NCBI RefSeq assembly: GCF_009914755.1
Contig: NC_060936.1
Length of the DNA: 64,000 nt
DNA from: the human T2T-CHM13v2.0 reference genome, Homo sapiens
Direction: 5' to 3' (one strand)
Made by a program: the position numbers and the translations under genes. Under the pieces are notes generated by a model. The model was not told the origin of the DNA. It ran no database searches and saw nothing but the letters and a program-made list of their open reading frames with translations. Position 1 is the first letter of the stretch; the number at the start of each line of letters is the position of its first letter. Positions 42,073-55,725 of this stretch are shown here, piece after piece.

Positions 42073-43809
42073 TGTTGACCAATGCCTCTCCTTTCCTCAT
42101 TCACCACCCCACCCAGTAGCCTCTGGTAACCACCATTCTACTCTCTACTTCTATGAGTTTAACTTTTTTAGGTTTCACACCATAAGTGAGATCATATGGT
42201 ATTTGTCTCTCTGAGCCTAATGTATTTATTTTACTTAACAATATGTCACCTACATTCATTAATGTTGCAATGACAGAATTTCTATTTTAAGGTTGAATAG
42301 TAATTCATTGTGTATACATGCTATATTTTCTTTAAGGTTGAATAGTATTTCATTGTGTATATATGCTATATTTTCTTAATCCATTTATATATTGATGGGC
42401 ACATAGGTTGTTTTGTATCTTGGATACTGTAAATAATACTGCAATAAACATAAAATGCAGGCATTTCTTTAACATATTGATTTCAATGCTTTTGAGTATA
42501 TACACAGTAGGGGAATTACTGGATCCTATAGTAATTCTACTTTTCGTTTTTTGAGGAATCTTCACCCTATTTGTCAAAAAGGCTGTACTAATTAATGAGG
42601 TCACCAATAGCATATAAGCATTTACTTTTCTCCACATTCTCACTAACACTTTTTATCTTTCATATTTATATAATTGCCATTCTGACAGGTATGAGATGAT
42701 ATCTCATTTTTAATTTGGTTTTAATTTGTATTTCTCCTGTAATTAGAAATGTTGAGCATTTTTAGTATATTAGCTAGACATTTGTATATTTTCTTTTGAC
42801 AAATGTCTGTTCACACTCTTTGTACAGTTTTAAGAATGTTATGTTTTCTCATTATTTAGTAGTTTTAGTTCTATGAATATATTAGATATTTTCCCCATGT
42901 GCAATGCATGATTAGCAAATATTTTTCTTAACCTGTGGGTCGCCTCATTCCTCTATTAATGGTTTCCTTTGCAGTACAGAAGCTTTTTTATTTTGATGAA
43001 ATCCCATTTATCTATTTTTGCTTTTGTTGGCTTTTTATGCATTTGAGATCATATCCAAGAAATCACAGCCCACACCAGTGTCATGAAGATTTTCCCATAT
43101 GCTTTCTTCTAGTAGTTTAATAGTTTCTGGTCTTTATTTAAATTCTTTAATCCATTTTAAACTGATTCTTGTGTAAGCAGTGAGATAAAGGTTCACTTCC
43201 ATTCTTCTATATGTGAATATCCAGTTTTCCCAACATCATTTATTGAAGAAACTGTCCTTTCCCCATTTTGAGTTCTTGGCACATTTTTTGAAAATCAATT
43301 GACCATAGATGTATTGGTTTATTTCTGGATTCACTAACCTATTTCATTAGTTGATTTGTGGGGTTTTATGCCAGTACTGTGCTGTTTTGATGGTTATAGG
43401 TTTGTAATATAGTTTGCGATCTTGTAGTGTTATTCCTCCAGCTTTCTTCTTTTTAGTCAAAATTGCTTTGGCTATTATGGATCTTTTGGGGTTCTACACA
43501 AATTTTACAATTTTTTTTTCTTTTTCTCTTTCTGCGAGAACCACATTGGAATTTTGGTAGGGATTACATTGAATCTGTAGGTCACTTTGGGCTGTTATCT
43601 ATAGATTGAATATAATCCCTACCAAATTTGTACAAATGTAATTTGTGTTAATATTTTAACAATATTAATTCTATCAATACGTGCACATAGAATTTTTATT
43701 TTATTTTTGTTATAATTATAACTGGCTTTTTAAAGCTAGTAACAACTTAACTTTGACTGCATACACAAACTCTACAATTTTACTTTTTCTCCTCTTATGT
43801 TTTATGTTT

Positions 43810-45082
43810 ATTATTATTATTATACTTTAAGTTCTGGGATACATGTGCAGAACATGCAGGTTTGTTACATAGCTATACACGTGCCATGGTGGTTTGCTGC
43901 ACTCATCAACCTGTCATCTACATTAGGTATTTCTCCTAACGCTATCCCTTCCCTAAGCCCCCACCACCCAACAGGCCCTGCTGTGTGATGTTCCCCTCCC
44001 TGCATCCATGTGTTCTCATTGTTCACTTCCCACTATGAGTGAGAACATGTGGTGTTTGGTTTTCTGTTCTTGTGTTAGTTTGCTGAGAATGATGGTTTCC
44101 AGCTTCATCCATGTCCCTGCAAAGAACATGAACTCATCATTTTTTATGGCTGCATAGTATTTCATGGTATATATATGCCACATTTTCTTTATCCAGTCTA
44201 TCATTGATGGTCATTTGGGGTGGTTCCAAGTTTTTGCTATTGTGAATAGTGCCACAATAAACATACATATGCATGTGTCTTTATAGTAGAATGATTTATA
44301 ATCCTTTGGGTACGTACCCAGTAATGGGATTGCTGGGTCAAATGGTATTTCTGGTTCTAGATCCTTGAGGAATTGCCACACTGTCTTCCACAATGATTGA
44401 ACTAATTTACACTCCCATCAAGTGTGTAAAAGCATCCCTATTTCTCCACATCCTCTCCAGCATCTGTTTTTTCCTGACTTTTTAATGATCGCTATTCTGA
44501 CTGGAGTGAGATGGTATCTCATTGTAGTTTCGATTTGCATTTCTCTAATGACCAGTGATGATGAGCTTTTTTCATGTTTGTCGGCTGCATAAATGTCTTA
44601 TTTTGAGAAGTGTCTGTTCACATCCTTCGCCCACTTTTTGATGGGGTCATTTTTTTTTTCTCGTAAATTTGTTTAATTCCTTTGTAGATTTTGGTTATTA
44701 GCCATTTGTCAGATGAATAGGTTGCAAAAATTTTTTCCCATTCTGTAGGTTGCCTGCTCACTCTGATGATGGCTTCTGTTGCTGTACAGAAGCTCTTCAG
44801 TTTAATTAGATCCCATTTGTCAATTTTGGCTTTTGTTGCCGTTGCTTTTGGTGTTTTTGTCATGAATTCTTTGCCTATGCCTATGTCCTGAATGGTATTG
44901 CCTAGGTTTTCTTGTAGAGTTTTTACGGTTTTAGGTCTTATGTTCATGTATTTAATCCATCTTGAGTTAATTTGTGTATAAGGTGTAAGGAAGGGATTCA
45001 GTTTCTGCTTTCTGCATATGGCTAGCCAGTTTTCCCAATGCCATTTGTTAAATAGGGAGTCCTTTTCCCATTGCTTGTCAGG
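43810..45082 (-). mobile_element. 5'-truncated L1PA7-like element
   Basis: tatactttaagttctgggatacatgtgcagaac 3' end; ORF2 C-terminus in ORFs 44618-45085 and 44211-44393; 13-bp TSD atgttttatgttt (43797-43809 and 45108-45120). Confidence 0.93.
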
Positions 45083-48000
45083 CAAGCAATGGGAACAAAA
45101 ACAAGCAATGTTTTATGTTTTGATGTCACCTTTTACACTATTAAAATAATATATATCTTTAACAAATTATTTCAGTTTTAGCTGTTTTTAATAGTTTTGC
45201 GTTTTAACCTTTATACTAAAGATATAATGGGTTAACCCACTGCCATTTGTTTTAGAGTGTTTGCATTTAAAATTGTCCTTACTTTTACCAGTGAATTTTT
45301 CATTTTCATATGTTTTCATGTTATGAATTACCATCTTCTTCCTTTGACTTGATGAATGTCCTTTAGCATTTCTTCTTAGGCAGATCTAGTGGTGACAAAC
45401 TCTCTCAGCTTTTGTTCATTTGAGAAAGTCTTTATTACCCCTTCATTTTTTAAAGATAGCATTGCTGAATATAGTGTTGATAGTTGATATTATTTTCTTG
45501 CATGATTTTAAATATATTATCCCACTCCTTTTTGGCATATGGCACTCCTTTTTTCTGCTGGAAAATCCACTCATATTCTTATAGCAGTTTCTTTGTATGT
45601 AACAATTCACTTTTATGTTTCTGCTTTGAGCTTTCTCAGTCTTCAACTTTTGACAGTTTGATTTTAATGTGTCTTAGTGTTAATCTGTTTAGATTTATCT
45701 TACTTTACACCGTTTGAGCTTTCTGCATCTAGATTTCTATTTCCTTCCCTAGGCTTAGAAACTTTTCTGCTACTATTTCATTAAATATATTTTCTGTCTT
45801 TTCTCCTGATACACCTATAATGCAAATGTTGCTATGCTTGATGGTGTCCCGTAAGTTTCTTAAACTATCCTGACTTCTTTTCTTTGTTTTTGTTTTTACT
45901 CTTCAGATTTGTTCAATTTATAGTAACTTGTCTTCAAGTTCACTAATTCTTCCTTCTTTTTGATTAATCTTCTATTGAACTCCTCAGTTGAATATTTTAG
46001 TTCAGTTATAGTATTCTTTAACTCTTTGACTTCTGTTTTGTACTTTTTACACTTTCTATCTATTTATTGAAATTCTATCTCTTTTTTGAAATAGAAATGA
46101 ATTAGGTGGTTACTTCAGCAACATGTAATGGGAAGCTCCTGACCCACCATCCACCTAGAGAAAGAACAAATAAACATCTATTCATGAGTCAGTTGTCTTT
46201 GAGAGAAAGAGAGAGACCATTGTTCTGCTGACCTCAGAAGGCATCTTTATGACTACTATATTGAATCCTCTGTTGGGTATGTCATATATCATCACTTAAC
46301 TTGTGTTGGTTTTAGGAGATCTAAACCATCTCTCCAAGTCTTGTCAGATTGACCTCATGTAGGGAAGGATCTTACCAATATGTCTGATGAGAGATTTTTA
46401 AGGTGCCTTTCAAATCTTTGTGTTTTATCAGACTACTATCTATGTTTTCAGTGGCCCCCTGAAGCATAGTGTGTGCCTCATCCTTTCAGCACTTCGACAC
46501 TAGTAAGGTAGGAGTGAGACTCTCTAGACATAGTTGGAATAGGTGATGTGTTGGATATGTGTCCCAGTTTCTTTTAGCCTCATAATGAAGCTAAGTATAG
46601 ATATTTATCTCCCACTGTTTCTTCACTAAGCTAGGGAGATGATCTGTGGAAAATGCTTATTCATATTCAGGCTATACCCTCTGATCCTGGGAAGATAGTT
46701 GCTGGAAGCAAGTCCATTGTAAATCTATCTCTTTTTTCTATGTTTTAGGGACACTCCAAAATGCAAAGCACCATCAACTACCAGTGGTAGGACATTAAGG
46801 AGATAATCCCTTGGGTGGGTGTTATTGAAATTGTGCCAGTTGATGCATGGTCAAACTCTTTCCAGGACAAATGGGTACACCTGGATTTATCACTGGAGGC
46901 AGCTGAAGGAAAGATTTGTGAAGTGCCAAACTCTGACTCTGGCTGCCAAAAAAGCTATTGTTTGCTTTTCCCATTACCTTTCCTGTGTACATTTGTTAGA
47001 AGCCAGGACATAAAGTAGCCAATAAAAGTGTGTGCCATAGGTTCTTCTGCAGAGAAAAGGGAAGCTGTGTTTCTGCCCCTTTTCCACACTGCTCCAAGGG
47101 CACGTAGCTTCTGGAAGTGTTTGCATGCTTGCTTAATATCATATCCTTGTTCTGTGACCTAGGGAGACATGCATATGTTTAGTCCCTTCTGCTCCAAGAA
47201 CTAATATATTTAGCCTGGAGTTCTTCATGAGGTAGCTGTAAAAGTTGGGGCACTCAATGTGTGTCATGAATCCCTTCCAGATAGAAACAGGGAGCTGCAT
47301 TTTTAAAGCCCTTCCTCTGCACCACTCCTGGGGAATAAAAGTAAAACTGTAAAACTGTAAAACTTCTACTTCATTCTTTGGTCCAGAAAGACTCGCATAT
47401 GGTTTGTCCTCTCTGCTCCCAGAGCAAGGAAGTTTAGGAGGCAATCACTCAGGTAGAAGCTGTAGAGGTTGGAAAACTGAATGTGTGTACAAACTTCTGA
47501 CAGAAGAAATTAATAAATTTAGAGTTGTTGCTAGGATGAGCTGGGGAAGAATGCTGGAGAAGTATCAGTCTACTTCTCAGGCTTCCAGAGGGCTAATACT
47601 TTTGTTCCCCATTAACTTCAGAATGCTAGTTAGTTTCGAGCCCAGCTGCCAAGTAGCCATTGGAAAAATGTGTCCCTTTTGGAAAGAATCATGGGGCTAC
47701 ATTTTTAAAATCTTTTCTCTGTACTGCTCCTGGAGGATGAAGCCTCTGAAAGTGTTTGCACATTTATAGAAAATTACCTTTTATTTTTTTTTCTGTGGTC
47801 TGCAGGGACACATGTATGCCAGTATCCTTTGCTTCCAGAGCTAGGTTTAAATGCAGTCCCTTGTGGGGAAGATATAAAAGTTGAAGCATTAATGTATATA
47901 CACGTTTCTTCCAAGAGTGATTAATAGACCTGGAGTTATCACTGGAGCAAGCCAAAGGAGAGGCTCAAGAAGTGTCAGTTTGATTCTCAGTCTGATGGTA

Positions 48001-48115
48001 GGTTCATGTTTGTCTGCTTTTTTAACACCCTGATGTAAGTTAGTTAGAAGTCAGGCAGCCAAGTAGCCAGTGAAGAGCATGTCCCTTCCATTTAGAAAGA
48101 GGGGACTGTGAATTT

Positions 48116-48513
<398 letters not shown>

Positions 48514-49519
48514 TAAAGACTCATATGTGTCTAATCTCCTCTGTTTCCAGAACTGGATATTGGCAGCAAAGGAGGATGGAAACAGGTGGGAAATCTTAGA
48601 ATTTGGGTGGCATATATGAGATCCAAACTTTCTTCTCCACAGGGAGAAATTGGATGTTGGAGATTGCTTTCCTGATTTTATGGTGCAGTTCATAGGGCAA
48701 GGTCAGTGCCTGAGTGTTCCTCAGATTTTTCTGCTCATACATTGTGGATATTTTCTCAGTTGCTAGTGTGTAGCAGTCTCTCAACTGGTCTCTCTCTTTC
48801 TCTCAAAGAAAACTGACTCATGAATAGATGTTTATTTGGTCTTTCTCTAGGTGGATTGTGGGTCAGGAGCTTCCCATTACATGTTGCTGAAGTAACCACC
48901 TAATTCATTTCTATTTCATTTTTACGTTTGGACAACAAAATTTAGCAAAAACTTGCAGTTTGTTAATAAAGTAGAAAGTTTTTTTCTCTAATATAACCAT
49001 GCTGGCAGAATAAAACCAGGTGTAGAGGATGTTTAAAAGAGTAACAAGAAAGACTTGCTTCTTCTAGTACATACGCTCCTTAAAGTTTACTAGAGTAAGT
49101 CAAACAAGCCATAAAAAACATTACTCTTATTTTCTCCTCAGAATTTCTAGACCTGCAGTAAACAATGTATTTCATTTTCTAAGGGATAACCTAGAGATTA
49201 AAAAAAAATCATATGTAGATTTGAAGGAAATGTTTTAAACAAAAACAGCCCACCTGGATACTTAACTATGTTTAATATGTCAGACATGATTATCAAAGTC
49301 AGTTCTATAAATGGATCCATTCCTTACTTGATTTCTAGAGGCTTGGTTTCCACTAAGTTGGAATCACCTTTGTTTCCGCTGAGATTAACTAGTGAATATC
49401 TAACTAGGTGAATATTTTTGTGATTGTATTTTACACATGGTTTAGCTGAGGCAATTAATCACCACTAGACAGGCCCTACTAGAGCTGCTCAAAAAGCTCC
49501 AAACTAGGAAACTAAAGGT

Positions 49520-50812
49520 TGATATTTACCATCATAAAAACACATAAAACTAATCCTCACAGGTCTCATAAAACAATCATACAAAGGAGAAAGATAAATA
49601 AATCAAATGGTAACATGACAGAAATCCACCAAACCAAAAGATAAACAGAGGGAAAACAATCAAAAAATTACAAAAAAAACTAGATAACAACTAATATTAT
49701 GACAGAAATGAAACTTCACATACCGATATTAACTTCAAAAGGTAAATGGATTAAATGCTCTACTTTAAGATATTGATTACCTGAATGGATTAAAAACATC
49801 AACTGACTATATGCTGCTTAACAGAAACTCACTTTTCTGGTAGACAATTATAGATGGAAGGATAAAAAAGAAAGATATATTCCACACAAACGAAAACCAA
49901 AAGCAAAAAGTAGCTATACTTAAATCGGATGAAGCTGACTTCAAATAAAAACAGGAAAAAAAAGACAAAGAAGCTCATAACATAACAATAAGGGAATCAA
50001 TTTAACAATGGGATATAACAACATTAAGTATATATGTATACAACAACAGAGCACCCAGATTCCTAAAACTAGACCTAATAAAAAACCAACAGTAATACAA
50101 TAATAATAGAGGATGTCAACAGCTGACTCACAGCACTAGACAGATCATTAAAACAGAAAATTAACAAAGAAATCTTGGGCTTAAGTTGACTTCTATATCA
50201 AATGGACATAACTAGATATTTACAGAGCATTCTGTCCAACAACTACAGAATATACATTCTCTTCATCAGTAAATGGAACATTCTCAAAGATAGAGCATAT
50301 ATTAGGCCATAAAACAAGTCTCAAAATCATATGAAGTATGTTCTCAGACTGCATTGTAATGAAACTAGAAATCAATCCGAAAGACTTTTGAAGCTACACA
50401 AATACATGAAAATTAAACAACATCCTCCTGAATGATCTTTGAGACAGTGATGAAATTAAGATGAAAATTGAAAAAGTTCTGAACTAAGTAAAAATGGAAA
50501 CACAACATGCCCAAACTTCTGAGATATAGCAGATACATTCCTAAGCAGGAAATTTATAGCATTAAATGCCTACATCAAAAAATTTGAAAAGATCACAAGA
50601 AACCAACGTTGCACCTCGAGAAACTAGAATAATGAGGACAATCCGAACACAAAGTTATAAAAAAGAAAATAGGGAATAATGAAGATCAGAGGAGAACTAA
50701 ATGAAATTGAGACCAAAAACAGTATTAAGAATCAACAAAGCGTAAAGTTAGTTTTTAAAAGCATAAACAAAATTGATAAGCCACTAGATAGACTATTCAA
50801 GAACAGGAGAGA
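49520..50812 (+). mobile_element. L1 (L1MA/PB-like) inter-ORF and ORF2 endonuclease region fragment
   Basis: gtaaatggattaaatgctc...cagaatatacattc...ggaacattctcaaagataga...; ORF 50679-50867 (KIRGELNEIET...INKIDKPL). Confidence 0.85.
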
Positions 50813-51518
50813 GGCCAACAAAGTAGCCCAGGACAATGTCATAAGTCATACCAATCATTTGTCCTGAGCTAATTTGATTTGCATTACTAAAGTATGGCAT
50901 TGAAGAAATGCAGAAAATATTTTATGACGTCATTGGGAAAGCTTAGCTTACCAATAAATAATTAATTGACCAAATTTTAAAATATAGAAGTGATAGAAAA
51001 TCACCCTTTTCAAATTTTACCAGAAAAGCAGTTAATCTGGAAGCATATAGTAATGTTTGTTTTTGCTATTGCTCAATGTTGTTTACGAAGAGATGAAACA
51101 CTGTTTTTATTTCAATAGTATAAAAGTTCTTAATATGTTTAAATATACTTTTGAGATAGATCTGAAGAATCTTAAGGAGTTAGCATGCCTAATTCATCTA
51201 TAAATTTCCTAACTTTATACATGTACCAACTTAGGCAAATAAGGTATTTTGAAACTTCTGTGTTAATATACTGGATAATGATCTGAAGACAAATACAGGA
51301 TCTTTCTCAGAATATCTCATAAATGAGCCAAAACAGATCCAACCTCTTCAAAGCAATAGATGAAAAGAAGAAGGAAAAAAAAACTTTTATCGTATTCAGC
51401 AGCAATACAATAGCAAAACGACTACACAGAATTTATTAATTGGAAAAATCTAGTCAACATAAGATAGTATCACAGAATACAAAGTATAATAACAATTGTC
51501 AATAAAGGAAATTGAATC

Positions 51519-51750
<232 letters not shown>

Positions 51751-52346
51751 TGAGCACTGTGTGAGATTTCTAATCCTTCCATGCAAATTAGCGACAGGAA
51801 ACAATGACTTGCAACAATCACAATGAATGTGGAGCAAAATAAGATCTAAAAGCTGAAGCAGTTGAAGTAAGAATAGTAAATATGGCATATAAAAAACTAC
51901 AGTAAAATTTGATTTGGGTTCCTAAAGTAGACAACTCAGCCAGCATATGAAACATAACATTTAGAGATGTATTTCTGGAAAATTCAATCGAAACACTAGA
52001 GGAACTGAATCTGCAAATCAAATACCATCTCATATTCCAGGAAAAAATGAGGAAAATTAGGCTAAACTTTTAAGAAGAAAATAATTGCCTTAAATATTAT
52101 TAAAATGAGGAGTTTCTGGGTGTTAACTGTCATTCACAAATCCAGCCTAAATTTAGTACAATATTTGAAAATTTCCCTAATGCAAAATATAGAAAAATTG
52201 TTCAAATTAATATATACATTAATGTGTGTATATATATGCATGTTTGTGTTAATCTATCATATTGGTTTTTGAGAATAAAAAGTTACATTGATAAAGTCCT
52301 TGCTTTTAAAAAGCTTACAATCTAGTTAAGTTTGTAAGATATAGGC

Positions 52347-52371
52347 GTGTGTGTGTGTGTGTGTGTGTGTG
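52347..52371. repeat. (GT)n microsatellite
   Basis: Direct reading. Confidence 0.95.
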
Positions 52372-52554
52372 CAATTTTATTTCAAGATGGATTAAAATTG
52401 ACATTTTTATATGTCAGTACATTTGATGGTACCCCACAGGTCTGAATTCTTTTTTTCTGTTTGTCAGACAGGATAATTTCTATTGACCTGTCTTCACATT
52501 CACTGATTCTTTCTTCTGCCTGCTTGTATCTTGTTTTGAACTCTTCTAATAATT

Positions 52555-52857
52555 TATTTTTAATTTCAACTTTTGTTATGGATTAAGGGGTACATGTGCA
52601 GGTTTGTTACATGGTTAAATCGTATGACACTGAGGCTTGGGGTCTCAATGATCTCATCACCCAATCAGCAAGAATAATACTCAACAGGTGGCCCTACAGC
52701 CTACACCCTCTCCCTCTCCCTCTGCCCCTGTCTAGTGATCCCCAGTGTCCATTGTTCCCATATTTACATTCATGTGTAGTCAATGTTTAGCTCCCACTTA
52801 TAAATGAGAACATGCAGTATTTTGTTTTCTGTTATTGGCTTAGGATAATGGCTTCCA
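52555..52857 (-). mobile_element. L1PA15/16-like 3' end
   Basis: ggggtacatgtgcaggtttgttacatgg...tttagctcccacttataaatgagaacatgcagtatt. Confidence 0.85.
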
Positions 52858-53423
52858 ACAATAATTCACTACAAAAGCAGAATCAAAACCAAAATTTATA
52901 TGACCATGACAACAGATGCAGAAAAAGCCTTTGATGAAATTCAACATCCCTTTATGATAAAAATCTTCAATAGACTAGGCACTGAAAGAATACACCTCAA
53001 AGTAATAAGACTCTTCTATGACAAACCAAAAGCCAACATACTGAATGGGCAAAAGCTGGAACCATTCCTTTTGGGAACTGGAACAAGCAAGAATGCCCAT
53101 TCTCACCACTCCTATTCAACACGGTGCTAGAAGTCCTAGCCAGAGCAATCAGGGAAGAGAAAGAAATAAAAGGCATCCAAAAGAGAAAATAAGTTAAACT
53201 ATCTCTTTTTGCTGATGATATGATTCTATATACAGAAAACCTTAAAGACTCTGACAAAAGGCTTTTGGAACTGATGAAAGAATTCAATAAAGTTTTAGGA
53301 TCCAAAATCAATGTATAATAATCAGTAGCCTTTTTATACACCAATAACTTTCTAGCTAAGAATCAAATCAAAAACACAATTGCATTAACAATAGCCACAA
53401 AGAAAACGAAATACCTAGGAATA
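52858..53423 (+). mobile_element. L1 ORF2 RT-region fragment in opposite orientation
   Basis: ORF 52900-53130 (DAEKAFDEIQHPFMIK); tttgctgatgat (FADD) at ~53208. Confidence 0.88.
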
Positions 53424-53595
53424 TTTTCTACATGACCAAGTGGGATGGTACAGTCCTAGAAAGTCCTAGAAAAAAAGAGCATTTTGCATCTGAAGGATTT
53501 TGAATCCAATTTCTATATGGTTTAACTAATAGTTGATGACCTATTTAGAGACTTTTATATACAATTTATACTACAGCATGGACCCCAAGAATATG

Positions 53596-55487
53596 CAGTC
53601 AATCCTCATTATTTGTGGATTCTGTATTTGCTAATTTAGCAGTAAAAAAAAGTGTTTATAACTTCAAAGTCAATACTCCCAGCTCTTTTACAATCATTTG
53701 CAGACAATATGTACAAAGGCACAAAATTTGAGTCTCCAACATGTATGTTCCGACCTAAGGTCAAACAAGGCAATGATCTGCCTTCTACTTTCAGCTCTTA
53801 TAGACAAGTATTCTTTTCAATCAACTTAGTACCACATTTTTCAGATTTTGTTGTTTTCTGTTGATTATTTTGCCATTTAAAATGGCCTCAAACAGTGCTG
53901 CACTGCTTTCTAGTGTTCCTAAGTACAAGAAGGCTGTGAAGTGCCTTAAAGAAAAAAACACATCTGTCAGATAACCATTGTTCAGGCAAGCATTATAGAA
54001 CTATTGACCATGAGTTCCAGGTTTATGAACCCACATATGCTAAAGCCAGAAAAAAGGAAAAGGAAGTTCATTGACCTGTATGGGAGGCCAACCTGGAAAA
54101 TGTTAGAATAGCATCTATAGCATATTTTGAGGCTATGGAAGAGATGCAAAGGCAGCTAAATTTGTGACTTCATGAGACAACAGCTAATAAAAATGTATGC
54201 TATTTAGGAATTGCACATTTTAAAAACCATGAGATACTAATGCACACCTATTAGAATGTCTACATTCTGAAACACTCACAACATCAGATGCTGGTGAGAA
54301 CTTGGAGCAACAGGAATTTTCATTTATTTCTAATAAGAATACAAAATGCTACAACTAATTTGGAAGATAGTTTGGCAGTATTTTACAAAGCTAAACATAA
54401 TTTTACCACATCATATGGTCAAGAAATCACACTCATTTGTATTTGTCCAACTGAATTGAGAACTTAACATTTATATAAAACCTGGACATGAATCCTAATA
54501 GCAACATTTTTTTTATAATCATCAGTGCTTTGAAGCAACTAAGATCTCCTTGGCTACATGAATTAACAAACTGTGATGCATTATACAATGAAATACTATT
54601 CAGTGATAAAAAATGATCTCTTAAGCCATGAAAGGGCATGAAAGAAATTTATAATAAATACCTGTTTTTAAGTAAAGGAAGCTGATCTGGGAGGGCCATA
54701 TACTATATGATATCAACCATATGATATTTTGGAAAAGGAAAAATTATGGACATAGTAAATTGATCAGTGGTTGCCAGAGGTTTGGGGAGGAAAGATGAAT
54801 AAGTAGTTTAGAGCACTGGGGATTTTTAGGGCAGTGAAACTATTTCTTATGATACTTTAATGGTAGCTACATGTCATTCTATGTTTGTCAAAACTCTTAA
54901 AATGTACAACATTAAAAAGTGAATCCTAATGTAAACTTTGGATATATGGGAACTCTCTGTACTTGGTACTCATTTTCCTGTAAACCTAAAACTGGTTAAA
55001 AATTAAGGAACATTAATTTTTTAAAAAAGAAAAAGCATAGTGGACAGCATTGTTGTGATGCTGAAAGTCTAAGAAATTTATGATTATTTTACCCACGGTC
55101 AGGAAATGTTAAACCTTTCTCAGCCAGTACTGGCTACCTCCTACATTACAAAAGGCAATATGGCATAAAATGTGTTAAATTTGCAATGAAGCAGTTTCTA
55201 CAGATTAGAAGGCTGGGGAAGAGTTGTTAAAATAGCTACTAAGGTATTCTAGGGTTAGGTGAAAGACCAGGTTTTCAATGCTGATGAGACTGGCTTGTTT
55301 TCAAGGATGTTGGCAAAAGAGTCTATGTAGTACAAATGGCATTTCAGTTGACCAAACATGACCAGAGGCTCACAGTATAGAAACCAAACCCTTTACCTTC
55401 ACTTGGAGCAATGGTTCAGTTCAGGCCAATTCAGTGTTCATGGCAACTTTATGTAATGTTAACTATCACAAATAAAGAAATCAATTA
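53596..55487 (+). mobile_element. Tigger/pogo DNA transposon (MER82/Tigger6-related), split by L1MC
   Basis: Termini cagtcaatcctcattatttgtg and cacaaataaagaaatcaatta are degenerate inverted repeats. 55268-55300 translates QVFNADETGLF, the pogo/CENP-B DDE motif. Confidence 0.82.
54195..55030 (+). mobile_element. L1MC1-like 3' end
   Basis: cacacctattagaatg...ggagcaacaggaa...gatcagtggttgccagagg...taaacctaaaactg. Confidence 0.85.
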
Positions 55488-55509
55488 GAGTTGCACTATA
55501 TATGTGTCT

Positions 55510-55725
55510 AATTTTAACATTAGATCATTGTATACACTTTTTAGCTCTTTGAATGTATTTAAAATAGATTGATTAAAATTATTTTTGAGTATGTCCATTG
55601 TTTGGGCTTCCCTAGAGAGAGTTTCTATTACTTGCTTTTTCTCTGTGTCTTGGTTATACTTTCATGTTTATTTGCATGTCATTTTTGTTGTTGTTGTTGA
55701 ACTCTGAACATTTCAAATAATACAA
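55510..55725 (-). mobile_element. Old L1M ORF1-region fragment (likely the same host as 52420-52550)
   Basis: ttagctctttgaatgtatttaaaatag...gtttctatt...tttgcatgtc. Confidence 0.55.

Noticed and set aside
44016-45085. Three consecutive ORFs as an operon or gene
   Set aside because: Broken L1PA7 ORF2 C-terminus
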